Assembly: GCA_021613535.1 (NCBI GenBank)
Contig: CP075493.1
Span: 14,508,001 to 14,572,000 of the forward strand
Direction: 5' to 3'
Source of the DNA: Adineta vaga
Taxonomy: Eukaryota > Animalia > Rotifera
Length of the DNA: 64,000 nucleotides
The position numbers and the translations under genes are program-made. The notes beneath the pieces were generated by a model, which saw only the letters and a list, made by a program, of their open reading frames with translations, had not been told where the DNA came from and searched no databases. Shown in pieces: positions 29,601 through 41,372 of this stretch (its first letter is position 1; each line of letters opens with the position of its first letter).

Positions 29601-29738
29601 ATGGTAAATGTACATGTCATGTTGTCTGATGTTTACAATTACTTTCGTCAGTTTATATCCGGCCACTCAGCGCAAGCCATATTACCGACGAGCGAGGTGT
29701 ATAATACACAAGCAACCACAGCCAACCAATCAGAATAA
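26656..29738 (+). CDS. Uncharacterised protein with a C2HC/C3H-like Zn-finger motif and C-terminal TM segments, 5 exons
   Basis: Exons 26656-26718, 27227-27411, 27481-27549, 27638-27837, 28609-29738 splice in frame. Contains CASPGCCRAV...LCVEH and hydrophobic Gly-rich helices near the C-terminus. Confidence 0.65.
28064..28440. mobile_element. Intronic MITE / fold-back element
   Basis: 28084-28190 is an almost perfect reverse complement of 28316-28422, with degenerate extension on both outer sides. Confidence 0.85.
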
Positions 29739-29929
29739 CATTTATTGATCAGTCAAAGTAATTTCTTCCTCCAGTATGGATGAAAGTAGTGAACGAAATT
29801 ACATTTATATTTATACTCTCATCCACTATTTTCCCTACAATAACTTCATGACTACTATCTTATGTTTATCTAATTTTCAATAATCACCAATAAAAGTAAC
29901 ATAATACTCAAATTATATATAGTTAATTA

Positions 29930-30021
29930 TTTAAGTTACCTGTAACTGGTAACTCACTAATTAAAGTAGTTACTTTTCGGTAGTTACGTAACTTCAAAGT
30001 AAAGTAAATATGCCACCCCTA
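29930..30021. mobile_element. Solo end of hAT-like non-autonomous element
   Basis: A cluster of GTAAC/GTTAC motifs ends in GCCACCCCTA (TAGGGGTGGC-type terminus). No partner end was found. Confidence 0.35.
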
Positions 30022-30503
30022 TTACAGCAGCCTCTTGTTGAATGAATGCAATCATTTGATGAATCTATATTTCATAGATTTCAATTCGATTGTTTTATTG
30101 AAAATTTGTTTTCTGACAAATCTATTTAGCAACATTATTATTACTTAGAGCCCTGTTATGAGAAATATTCTGACGGATGAATAACAAAGCTAAATCAGCA
30201 TATGCAACGTGTAGTAGAAATGCAGCAAAACTTGAAAACAGTTGGATTTTATTTCCTATTTAGGAAAAATACTGTGTAGAGTTGTTGCTATGTTATTCAA
30301 ATAATAAGAAGGTTTTTTAATAAGTAATAATTAAAAATTCCTATTGAATATTTGAAGACAAGAAATGGACTTTACAATGATGATATTCTTCTTGACAGTT
30401 TATCGTATGATCAGATCATTCTTGTATTTTAATCTTGTTTTAATCTTATCGTCACATGTGTGAATTAGATAGATGATTAATTAGTTCATGAACTTGTATT
30501 ATG

Positions 30504-30541
30504 TTCGTGGTAGTATAGTGTTTAGTTTCCCCGCTGCGAAG
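30504..30541 (+). pseudogene. Internally deleted tRNA-Asp pseudogene (inverted copy of 30800-30871)
   Basis: TTCGTGGTAGTATAGTGTTTAGTTTCCCCGC|TGCGAAG then TATTCTCTTTTTTT: the tRNA 5' part is joined to its 3' end and terminator, with the anticodon and T arms missing. Confidence 0.75.
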
Positions 30542-30799
30542 TATTCTCTTTTTTTCGTCTTTTTCATTCTTCTTTCACCATTACTTTTTACTTACATATG
30601 TTCATGAATAAATCATTTTTTTATTTGTCTGGATCGATGTGAAACAAAAAACGAGTTACAAAGATTTCTTTTTTTTGCTGTTGAATTTATCTGTTCTTTG
30701 GTTAATTAAAAATTTCATTCTATGAAGTTCCTCACGATATTTGATTATATCATTTTAACGATTTACTATTGTTTGATAAAACGAAACAAAAAAAGAATA

Positions 30800-30871
30800 C
30801 TCCGCGGCGGGGAATCGAACCCCGGTTTCCCGCGTGACAGGCGGGGATACTCACCACTATACTACCGCGGA
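30800..30871 (-). tRNA. tRNA-Asp (GTC)
   Basis: TCCGCGGTAGTATAGTGGTGAGTATCCCCGCCTGTCACGCGGGAAACCGGGGTTCGATTCCCCGCCGCGGAG forms a cloverleaf with anticodon GTC and A/B boxes, followed by an oligo-T Pol III terminator. Confidence 0.97.
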
Positions 30872-31108
30872 CATTGTCTTTTCAATTAAAATAGTTCCAG
30901 TAAATAAACTAAATTTAAGTAACAAATATGTTTAATTCATTCAATGGAAGAGAGACCGAAAATATCTAGAAGATGATAACGACCTCTATCAAATGAAAAT
31001 TGTTCGTTTTTGTATTGTTATCCATTAGAAAAAAGAACAAATTGATTGAATAGAAAAGTTCTTGAAATCTACTCATGTAAATAAACTAACCGTTTAGTAT
31101 TGTACAAC

Positions 31109-31700
31109 ATGGCAACAGCAGTTATTAAATTAGAAAAGGAATATGTCAACACAAACGTATATGGGTTTGTTGTACTTTTTTCTTTTATTTTCATTGATAA
31201 ATATTTTTGTTCTTGGTTAAATCATCCAGAAAGAACGAAACCATGTGAAGAATTTGAAAAACTTTTAGAAAATGAAAGAAAATCTAATACACAATTGAAA
31301 AAACTACTTGAACAAAAAGATGAGCAATCAACAAACCGCAGAAGAATGAACTGCTAAAGAGATTTTTCTTCGGATTTTTTTTTTCAAAATAAAATATTTA
31401 TTTTAGCTATTTAAGTACTTGATCGAGCATTGGATATAACACAAAATGATTTAGCTGAAGCAAAGAATTATTGCAAAGCATTACATATTGAAAATAAAGA
31501 TTATAAAGTAAACTGAATTTGAATTTTGATAATTGAAACTAAATTACGAATGAAGAACTTCAAGTAAGAAAGAGAAATTCTCGAAAGAAAATCGTTTTTT
31601 ATTCATTATTTCATTTCAGAATTAGTTAGATGATGACAATGAACGAAGTCCTTATCGACTAGTTGGTGGTAATAATCCTGCTGATAAACATTTTATTCTA
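31109..31700 (+). pseudogene. Degenerate multi-exon coiled-coil protein gene
   Basis: Coiled-coil segments (EEFEKLLENERKSNTQLKKLLEQKD; ALDITQNDLAEAKNYCKALHIENKDYK) with intron-like gaps and frame breaks. Confidence 0.4.
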
Positions 31701-32580
31701 TTATATTTTTAACAATCAGTGTGTTGTTTATTTTACTTTTGTCGTCCATATGGTTTGTCTTATTTCATATTTTATCGTTTGTATATGACAATATAACTTC
31801 CTGTTTAACTCATTTGATCATAGAACGATTGAATATGTTTTAGACGTGTTTTTGATAATACAATCTTTTTTTTTCTTGTGACAAAGAAAACAGGGTTAAG
31901 TTATGTTGATGAAAATTGATATAAGAATAATATTTTCTTTTGTTTTCAACTTTTAATTGTATTGTTTTTTTAATGAAATACTCATCGCAATTAAATAAAA
32001 CATTTCAGATAATTCCTTATATTATCTTATACCTCAAGATTTCACTTGATATACTTTTTGAAAATCGATTCGATATTCATCGAAACAAGAGTAAAAATCA
32101 ATAGACAAATTCGATAGAATCATTTGACATGAATGTTAACAATTTAAAGAACATTGAAGAAATGAATACTTGAGACTGTTCCATTAGAATGCATAATTCG
32201 CTATTCATTTTTCTTAGTACTTTCATCTAAAAAATTTTATATAACAATAATCGAAAGAAGATTTTTATCAAATACCTCGTTTGAGTATTTTAACCACAGC
32301 TACTGGTAAATCAGTACTATCCAAACAATATATTTCGATTGATTGAAGTAAATATATGTTCGAACGGAATATTTAACACAAATTCGTAGCTAAAGTACCT
32401 AGTATATTCGAATTTCTTGACCTTCCGTATTTGTTCTCTTAGTCATGGAAGTACGTAAAATATTTCTCTTTTTCTTTTTCGTTCTTCGTCGATCGAACAT
32501 GTTTCTGACCTCATAAGTGTTTAATCAGTGATTTCGTTATTCGTTCAAAAGCAAGTTCATAGTTTAATACATTTTAAAAC

Positions 32581-33020
32581 ATGGCTCAAAGTTCTCGAGA
32601 TGAATGTACAAGATCATTTTTAATCAAATTATGTGAACGCATACTCATTCAGAAGAACCAAACTGGTTGTCTTTAAATAATCTCATCCAAGCCATTAAGC
32701 AACAACCACCATCGAACAGTCAAAAGTATTGAAAACGATGTACGTATTTAACTACTAGAATATCATATTAAAAGAACTTGTTTTAGGTCGGACAACAAGA
32801 AGCATTAATCGAAGTTTCACAAAGAGCTGCTGATACAACAGAAACAAAGCCTGATTCAAATTCTAGTTTAGCTGACACGGATGATCCTGGTGATGGTGAT
32901 AATACAAAACTGTCGTTACCACAAGTACAAATGATACAATTTTACTTAAAAGTAGTTGTAAATCAGATCAATATATTGCAAGAACGATTGTTACGCAAGC
33001 AGGAAAAACGATGATTCTAT
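32581..33020 (+). pseudogene. Degenerate uncharacterised gene, paralog of 23349-23741
   Basis: Frameshifted homology to the 23.4-kb copy. The upstream non-coding sequence (31893-32275) is also homologous to 22721-23112. Confidence 0.5.
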
Positions 33021-33296
33021 TATAGATGATTGAATGTTTCATTTTTTTCTACAAATAAAATATCCATTTATCATGTTTAAGAGAAAAGACTCTGAAGAGA
33101 ATAACAATGACGAAAGGGTCAATCAAATAAGCTGATAACAGTCGAATATAAAATGTTAGAGAGAAACAAGTTCAATTGGTCATCATAGCTTCCGTATTAC
33201 GTGAACAACGTGATCTTTTTCATTATTCTTACAGACGACCGTAAGAAATACGCGGCTATGTATAAAAAAGAATAATATGCTGTGTCAGTGTTAGAT

Positions 33297-35009
33297 ATGA
33301 ATATACTTGATTTGCCTAACGAATTATTAATCATTATTTTCAAAAAATTAAATACAACCGATGCTCTCTATTCACTTGTGGATGTGAATGAACGACTTAG
33401 TGATATAGTATTAGACTCTCTCCATATTCGACGACTTGATGCAGCCAGAATGCTCCGAGGATCACATTTTGATCCAAACATTCCAATGAATCAAGAAATG
33501 CTTTCAAAAATATGTGAAAAAATTCTGTCTCAACTTCATCTTCAATTAAACGAGCTAGTTGTTGAACAATATTCATTCAAAACTATTCTTCTCTCTAATA
33601 TTTATCCTAAACTTTTTTCTTTATCGTTCGCTAACTTTCAAGAAAAAATTCTTCTTCAGTATTTAAGAGGTAAGATATAAGTTGATTTATATAGTAAATA
33701 TCAGCTACACTTTGTTTTTTTGATTTCATAGAGGATTCCAATCTGCGTGAACTTCTGTCTCAACAAATCACACATTTAACTGTTGGATTCCAATGTGAAC
33801 TATCAACAGCAAATCACGACACTCAGTCAAATATATTTGCTCTCATTTTATATTTATGTCAACGATTATATAGTTTAAACTTATGCCAGTTATTTTCATA
33901 TCAGACCATCCCAGTCTTTATTGAAATATTATCATCAACAAATGTTACATCTTCAACTTTAACTACATTAAAAATCAATATCAAAACATTTGGCACCTGC
34001 CTTTATATTTTGGATGGTCGTTTCGCCTGTTTAAGAACGTTAATAGTTCATATCCAAAGAATGTCATATTATTCTTCCGATATAAGTAAAGCAGTAAGTC
34101 TTTTGTCAATTGATATATTTTATGTAAAAACATCAAATGAAATAGATGAACATTGCGAACTTTTTTCTCTAAAGCCAGTACTTCCAACGTTGAAGTATTT
34201 TTTATTGATCTCACTGAATCGTACAAGATGTTATGAAAAGGCAATTCCTCCATTAATTCGTCGAATGATAAATCTCGAAGAGTTGTCATTATTGTTCGCC
34301 ATCACTAGAGATGATACCACTTATATTGATGGTATTCAATTACATGATCAAACTCTTACGTATATGACAAAATTAAATAGATTTACCTTTAGCATCATAA
34401 CATTTGTTTATAATGATCTACGAAGGATTCGACTTCCGTCAAATGACGATATTCAACGTAGTTTCAATGGAGATCTATATTATCAAGTTGGTTCATATGT
34501 TGATGGAGAATCTCTGTGTCCCACAGGCTCGTGTCATATTTATTCACTTCCTTATGAATTCGAATATTTTCTTTGTCTCAACAATTCATTTCGAGGTGGT
34601 GCGTTTGACAAAGTTCGATATTTAACAATGACTGATTCGCGTCCTTTCGAACTGAAATTCTTCAAAATTATTTCTGAAAGTTTTCCGTGTCTCAATGAAT
34701 TACACATACACGATAATAAACGACAAGTAATTAACAAATATGATTCTACATTGATCATTTTTTCTCATCTTATGCTGCTCAATCTCATCAATGCACATCT
34801 AGATTATGCAAAACAATTTATATCTTATGAAAACATTAGTGTACCTTTTTGTTAGATCTTCATATTACATATGAATCACTTGCAGTGATATAACAGATAA
34901 TTTTACCAACAATATTGCACGTTATACGTGTTCGAAGATAAAAAGACTTCATATCGATGGATTGTTTGTTCGATCAGAAGAGTTTTATCGTTATTTTCCT
35001 TTAATATAA
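33297..35009 (+). pseudogene. F-box/LRR protein (bdelloid-expanded family) with two 3' frameshifts
   Basis: MNILDLPNELLIIIFKKL (F-box), CHIYSLPY, PFELKFFKIISESFPCL, AHLDYAKQF; introns at about 33670-33731 and 34094-34174. The tail (LDLHITYESL...FYRYFPLI*) needs frame changes near 34850 and 34890. Confidence 0.75.
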
Positions 35010-35552
35010 TGATTAATTTTTAAAAAAAAAGCTTTTTTGAACAATAAAAGGAATTCCTTGGAAAAATTGATAGTTACCTGATTGACTTACGTTAGATTTC
35101 ATCCTTGAATCTCAGAAGAGTAACAACAAATATTTTCTTATCTTATTCAGTTTCCCGATGAGATTTTTCTATAGACATAACCATTTATTTCTTGAAATAT
35201 TATCAGAAAAACTATTAAATATGTTAGCTATATGTGGCAACTAGCTGAAATATGAATAAATGAATTTCCACATCTTAATTTTCTTTTTGAAGAGGATAGA
35301 TACTTATAATATGCATCATTATCGTCGACACAAAAAAGCTACTTCTCTTTCAAAACGACATATTGCAACTTCTGATTTCATTTCAGATTCCATTGTTGTT
35401 CATGATAACATAACTTCTTGATTATACAATGATTAAGTATGTTCTAGACATGTTTTTAATAATAAAATCTTTTTTCCTGTGAGACAAAAAAAGCGGGATA
35501 GTATATGAACAAAATCTATGGGAGAAAAAAAATGAAGAAGAAAATGTTCATT

Positions 35553-36053
35553 TTAATGATGATGTGCTCGTTCAGCTGCTGCTTTTGCTTCTTCCATATA
35601 TTCTTTTCCAGCCGAAACCGGTTCCACGTGTTCATAAACATCATATTTGTCACATAAATATTGAATTATATGACGAGGTGTCACGAAATGATCTGAATCC
35701 ACATCAGGAATTTCAGTCCAAAATTCATCTTCTAATGCAGCTGTAATTTCAACAATATCTAAGGAATCAAGACCAAGATCTTGAACAAATTTCGAATCTA
35801 ATTGTAATGCATTTCCATCGATTTTATCAAATAAACGTAAGACAAGCATTACACGACTTTCGATCATTGGATAAGTATAATGAACATGTGAAAAGCGACA
35901 CGGAATATGATTAATGATTGATGATTGGCGATGTTTTTCATTCAGATTGACAAGAGTTGGTTTGAATGATAATGCACGACGAGGAAGAGTGACGATGATG
36001 GGTCGTACAAATGATGAAGTTCTTGTTAGAAAACGAAATGTTGATGACAACAT
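35553..36053 (-). CDS. NDUFAB1: Mitochondrial acyl carrier protein
   Basis: Arg/Ser-rich presequence, then RVMLVLRLFDKI...DLGLDSLDIVEI...EDEF (phosphopantetheine Ser motif). Confidence 0.93.
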   Translation of the reverse strand: MLSSTFRFLTRTSSFVRPIIVTLPRRALSFKPTLVNLNEKHRQSSIINHIPCRFSHVHYTYPMIESRVMLVLRLFDKIDGNALQLDSKFVQDLGLDSLDIVEITAALEDEFWTEIPDVDSDHFVTPRHIIQYLCDKYDVYEHVEPVSAGKEYMEEAKAAAERAHHH

Positions 36054-36149
36054 TTTTATATCTGAAAGAAATTAAAAAGAATTAGTAATTGAAATTAATT
36101 GTCATTGAAAGACGTAATGATATTATTCGTTCACAACATAAGGAATAAA

Positions 36150-37138
36150 TTATTGCATTGAATCTCGAATAGCTTTTGCTCGTCCAAGAATAAAATGATA
36201 AAAAATCAATGTAATCAGTTTTCCTGTGCGATATTCTTCAACAATTGGATTATATTCACTCATATCCATTAATTTGACATTTAAAGATTGTCCAGCAACA
36301 AACGCAATATCGCAAGCTTGTTGAGCAGAAAGACCAACACTTGCTGGTGCACTAACACCGGGACAAGAAGCTGAAATAATTGAATCAATATCAAATGAAA
36401 CAAATATATCACAATTTTGTTCTTCAGCTAATTTGATAATCGATCGAAATGGTGTCACTGGATCATCACGAATGGTTTGATACCAAATTAAATTTGTTAA
36501 TGAAGATTTTGAACGAAGATAATTCACATGTTCAATAGAACATTGAGATCCTTGACAAGCAAATTCAATAAAACGATCTATAATAAAGAAGATTTTTTAT
36601 TGAATAAAAATCATTTTCTTTTCTTACTAGAAGAATTTTGATGAAATCTTTGATCTTCAAGTAATTGTCGAAAAGGTGATCCTGAATGAGCTTTATTTCC
36701 TTCTTTTAATGGTCGAACATCCAGATGTGCATCAATATTAATCACATAAACTGATCTCGCGTGATTTAATAAAGCTGAAGCATTTGGATATGATTGATCA
36801 TTTCCACCACCAATAACAAATGGAAGCTTTTTATTTTCAATCAATTGACTAATTCGTTTTTCTAATTGTTGATGTGCTTCTTCTAAACTTAAATTTTCTT
36901 CGATATTTCCTCCATCGGAAATTTTCACATATTTTCTAATATCTAAATCTTCATATTCAGCATTAACAACAGTTCCTGTTCGTTTTAACAATTGTCGAAA
37001 TGCATTTGGACCAGATTTTGCACCAATTCTTCCGTTGTTTCTTCGAACACCTTCATCGTATGGAAATCCAATTAGAATTATATCACCATTATCATCTTCG
37101 GTTATAATATCTCCTAAACGAATATCATCATTGATCAT
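36150..37138 (-). CDS. Formimidoylglutamase (HutG-type, arginase/ureohydrolase family), 2 exons
   Basis: GFPYDEGVRRNNGRIGAKSGP, GGGNDQSY, NIDAHLDVR, HSGSPFRQ, SFDIDSI, PGVSAP, SEYNP. The 50-nt intron 36578-36627 joins the two ORFs in frame. Confidence 0.9.
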
Positions 37139-37527
37139 CTTTTGTATTGTTAACAAATAAACATTTTCTCTCCGACATTTATTTCACTTTGGTTATCTAT
37201 GGATTGTTCTTATAGATGTCACTTGAAGTCATTGAGAAAAGATTTTATCGAGATTTAGTTTTTTGACTGTTCAATTTCGTAAATAATTATTTGATAATTA
37301 TAATATTGATCATTACATTATCTTTGTCTTTTGTTAATGAGAGACATCTTTTCTATTATGTTATGCAGATTGATATGTGTGTCTCTCTCTTCCATTACGC
37401 ATATCCTATAGGTGAAAAGAAAATAGAGAACAGAAAAAGAAAAAAAACGTATTATATTATTCATCATCAGTATGTCATAATCGAGTTGATATTTCGAGAA
37501 TTCTTTGTTTTATTTTAGATATTAAAC

Positions 37528-38925
37528 ATGGCATCAAATTCGCATAATGAAAAAGATAAAGAAAAAATTTTTCCATCATTTACAGAACTTCGTATTTATC
37601 CATCATTCACTGAAATTCGTGAACGATTCAATGCACCGCAAGTACAAAAAAAAAACAAACGAATTGATTTTCTATTTATAACAATGTAAATATCTTTGTT
37701 TTCTAGAATTTCAAAATGTATTTTCCACGTGAAGTTTATGATCAAATTGTTCAAGGAAGTCTTAGTGTTGAAGGAATCGATGTAGTTAGTCAAAATAGTG
37801 TAACAAAAGCAAATAATTTAGAAGGTCAAACGATTTTTATTCATCGTCCACGTGAAACACCAATTGAATGTCAAGTTATTCGTGCAAATGATCTCTTATT
37901 AAAAGATGTGAAAACACATCGATATATTCGTGCACAAAATCATGAACTTGAATATGTTCATATTCCTGAAGAAGAAGGCACAGAAGTGACATTTGCTTTA
38001 CGTCAACAAGGTGATGCAACTCTTTCATATCTTATCAATGGTAAGAGAATATTTGTATTACTTACTTATCATTTAATTGAAATTTTTTAAAGGAATCAAT
38101 TGGTCACCACGATACAATCTTAAAGTTGAATCAAATAATCATTCATTTGAAGCATGGGCTGATATGAAAAATAATACAAAACGTGATTATCAAATCAAAC
38201 ATACCGAATTATTTGGTGGTGATGTACATCTTCAACAATCACATCGTCCAGTTCGAGCATTACGACAATGTTGTATGAAATCCTGTTGTTGTGATTGTGC
38301 TGGTGGTGGTGCACCTACAATTCAAGCTGAAGGTGAACTAGCTGGTATTTATTGGTATTCAATTGATGAACCATTTGTTCTTATGCAACAATCAACATTC
38401 TCACTTCCTTTTGTTAAACCAACGATAAAATTAGAAAAATATTCTGGTTTACAAAATTATTTTCAAGAACAAACACAAAAAGGCAAATTTCAAAGAAAAT
38501 ATCGAATTGAATCCGATAGTTTTCTTCCTAAAGGAACTGTTACTATTCGTGAAGATGGTAGAGTCGTTGGTCAAGCACAATTAAATGATATATCTCAAGG
38601 TGAAAAACAAGATTTAGATTGTGGAAATGATCCTGATGTAAGTTTTACTCGACAAGTTAAAGTTTTGTCACAAAAAAGAGATCAAGCTTCATATGATATT
38701 CATTTAACAATTAAAAATTCCAAATCAAAACCGATCAAATATGAATATAAAGAAATAATCTCCTCAGCAAAATTTACCATTACACCAAAAGATACAAATC
38801 AAGAGAAAATTCAAATTATTAGTGAAGGTTTAGAAATTCTTGGAGAAGAATTACAAGCCAATAATGAACAATCATTTCATTATGAAGTTTTACTTGAGTA
38901 TAAAAATAATCAAGATCATTATTAA
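37528..38925 (+). CDS. DUF4139-type protein, 3 exons
   Basis: Exons 37528-37641, 37707-38040, 38093-38925. LSYLINGINWSPRYNL, WADMKNNT, FLPKGTVTIREDGRVVGQ, GNDPDV and TIKNSK are typical DUF4139 landmarks. Confidence 0.8.
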
Positions 38926-39011
38926 AATTATCTCTAAGCTTATCTCGTTTGTTTTTCTTATCATTCTGATTCCGATTTTTCATTTTTTTATGCAAAACAA
39001 ATAATATGCTT

Positions 39012-39270
39012 ATTTTTCATGATTGATTAAGAATAAATTAGTATTTTAACATCTTTTTTCGATTATAATCAAAAGACAAACGTTTAGAAAGAAAGTTGTA
39101 GAATTATTAGATAGATTGCGAATTTACCGGATTAGGATAACCACGCATACGTGCCATTTGTTTTGCTCCCGTTAATCCAATTCTATTCGATGATTTTGGT
39201 AAATATTGACATTAAGATGGTGACAGAATAAGGTGTCTACATGTTGTTATCGTAATGCCTTGATGAATTT
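39012..39270 (-). pseudogene. Deleted duplicate of the opsin last exon and 3' UTR
   Basis: Colinear homology to 41283-41700, with three internal deletions. Confidence 0.85.
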
Positions 39271-39798
39271 CTTTCTGTCAAAAGAGAACTTCAGCATTTT
39301 GTATCTTTATCTACGTAGAGGATCAATTAGTCAAGGTCATCATCTCTTTACTATAATACCTGTGCAGCATTATCTCATATGATAACTATATCCTCAATTG
39401 ATCTCGATTTTTAATAGTTAGTAATTCACTCACATCAACCATATGAGCTTTTACTGAGAAGATTTTTTATGATTATGATTCACATTAGAGAATGGTATGC
39501 ATATCGAATATCAATTACATTTTCTGTCGAAAATCATTCTTCAAAAAGAGGAGACGGTTTTAACAGTACAGATGTGTTCTATAATGGTGTTCATCATCTA
39601 TCACAAGAATTTTATTTATTTACAAATAATTTCTCTTTTAATCCAAACAAAAAGGACAAGTATTAACAGAGAAAAGTTTTTTATTTGATCAACACCATAT
39701 TACACTATCATTTTAGTATTTATCTTGAATCAACATTAACAAATACTCTATAACAGCAGATAACCATGCACCAAATTTCAAGTACTTCATTCTTGTTG

Positions 39799-40514
39799 TC
39801 AACATTTGTTTTGTCGCAGTAACAACGAATTCCTATCTAACAAACGATCAATTTTGTCATCCTGATTCAATAGATGCTGTTGCTGAAACAATAATTTTTC
39901 TGCAAGATATATTAATTTTTGTTCTTTAGCATATAATTCTTTTTCTTCCTCCACTCGATTTTGAACTTTACCATACGATTTCTCTCGAAGATCCAAAACT
40001 TCTTCCTGGTATAAATTAAATTTTTTTTCTTGATGCAAAAGTTGTTGCTGCAAGGTCAATATTTTATTATTTTGTTCTTCTATTATCATTTTGAAATCAT
40101 CTAATCGTGTTTGCACATGATTTTTTTTCGTTTTGAGTGGGCTATTTCCTAATTGCGACCGTTCAATTAAATTCAGCGATAACTAATAGTTTAAATAGAA
40201 AATATTTATTAACAAAGCAAAACATTTAAAAAAAGAAATTATTCTTCATCACTACTATATATCTTTAGCATTTTTCAAAATGTCAATATAACGTTGAGAA
40301 ATAGTTCGTAAAACTTTCTGATAGGATTCGAAATCATGATTTTGAGTATATATCTTCTTTGCCATCATAAGTTTGTTATCATCTTGTATATCTCTTTTTT
40401 CTTGGTCTTGTTGTTCGTATTTTTTCACCTGTATATTGATGAGACTAAACAAAGGAAAAAGTATTGTTTATTACCATGGTGCTATGGATTGTATCTCACT
40501 ACAGGTATATCCAT
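39799..40514 (-). CDS. Putative coiled-coil protein (possibly degenerate)
   Basis: ORFs 40255-40452 and 39799-40116 are Q/E/K-rich and heptad-like, separated by an intron-sized gap. No family recognised. Confidence 0.35.
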
Positions 40515-40743
40515 TTTAAACTTTATGTCATAGTCAACGGATACCAACAAAAATGAACTACTTTACAAATAGACAGGCCAAACGAAAAGAAAATCGTCAT
40601 TGAATAATACTTACAGTATTCTTTGACTTGCACATCACAAATAACAATGAGAAGAAGGATAAATGTACGGATATATATCATTTCAAGCTGACGATAAAAG
40701 AAGGTACAACTGCAGTCTAGTTACACCCTCCCCTACACCCTTA

Positions 40744-40926
40744 CCCAGATCGACAAATCCAATTGGATTCCGTCAGTAAAATTTCCGTCGGAAGCTGCAG
40801 ATTTTATGAACGTTCTTTTAACTATATTTTATTACGGTCTTATGGCCACCTGTCGGATCTGTCAAAATCCGTTTTCTGGAAACTACAGGATCCTATGTTG
40901 GATCCGATCGGATTGGTCGACCTGTG
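40744..40926. mobile_element. Short MITE (CCCAG-type termini, TA-flanked)
   Basis: TA|CCCAGATCGACAAATCCAATTGGATTCC ... GGATCCGATCGGATTGGTCGACCTGTG|TA, imperfect TIRs. Confidence 0.7.
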
Positions 40927-40989
40927 TACGTTGGATGTGATAGTGTGACTAAAGTGCTGTTATATCCAAGTAGTTTTTTGAACAGGTAT

Positions 40990-41253
40990 GAAGGAAAATT
41001 TCTTAATATGAACACTTCTCAAGGTAACAACGATGGAATTCATCTTTCCAATAATGATTCGTTCATTTTATCAACCAAAAACAAAACTAAAGAGAAAATT
41101 CTGACGCTTAAAAGTTGAGATCGAAAAATCTTTTGCATTGCAAACAAAAATTGTTTCATGTTAAACCGACTAGCAATGAAACGTGCAATGAATTACTTCA
41201 TTTTCATTATGAAGTTTTATAACTTGAATATAAAAATAATCAAGATCATTGTT
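40990..41253 (+). pseudogene. Decayed duplicate of DUF4139 3' end
   Basis: TTATGAAGTTTTA...CTTGAATATAAAAATAATCAAGATCATTGTTAA (41208-41255) matches 38880-38925. Weaker patches (CTCAAGGT, ACCAAAA...AGAGAAAATT) lie upstream. Confidence 0.7.
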
Positions 41254-41372
41254 AACTTTACCGATAAACTTTTCTACAATTCATTTTTCATGATTGATTA
41301 AGAATAAATTAGTATTTTAACATAATGTTTCGTTGAATCAAAAGACAAACATTTAGAAAGAGAGTTGTAAAA

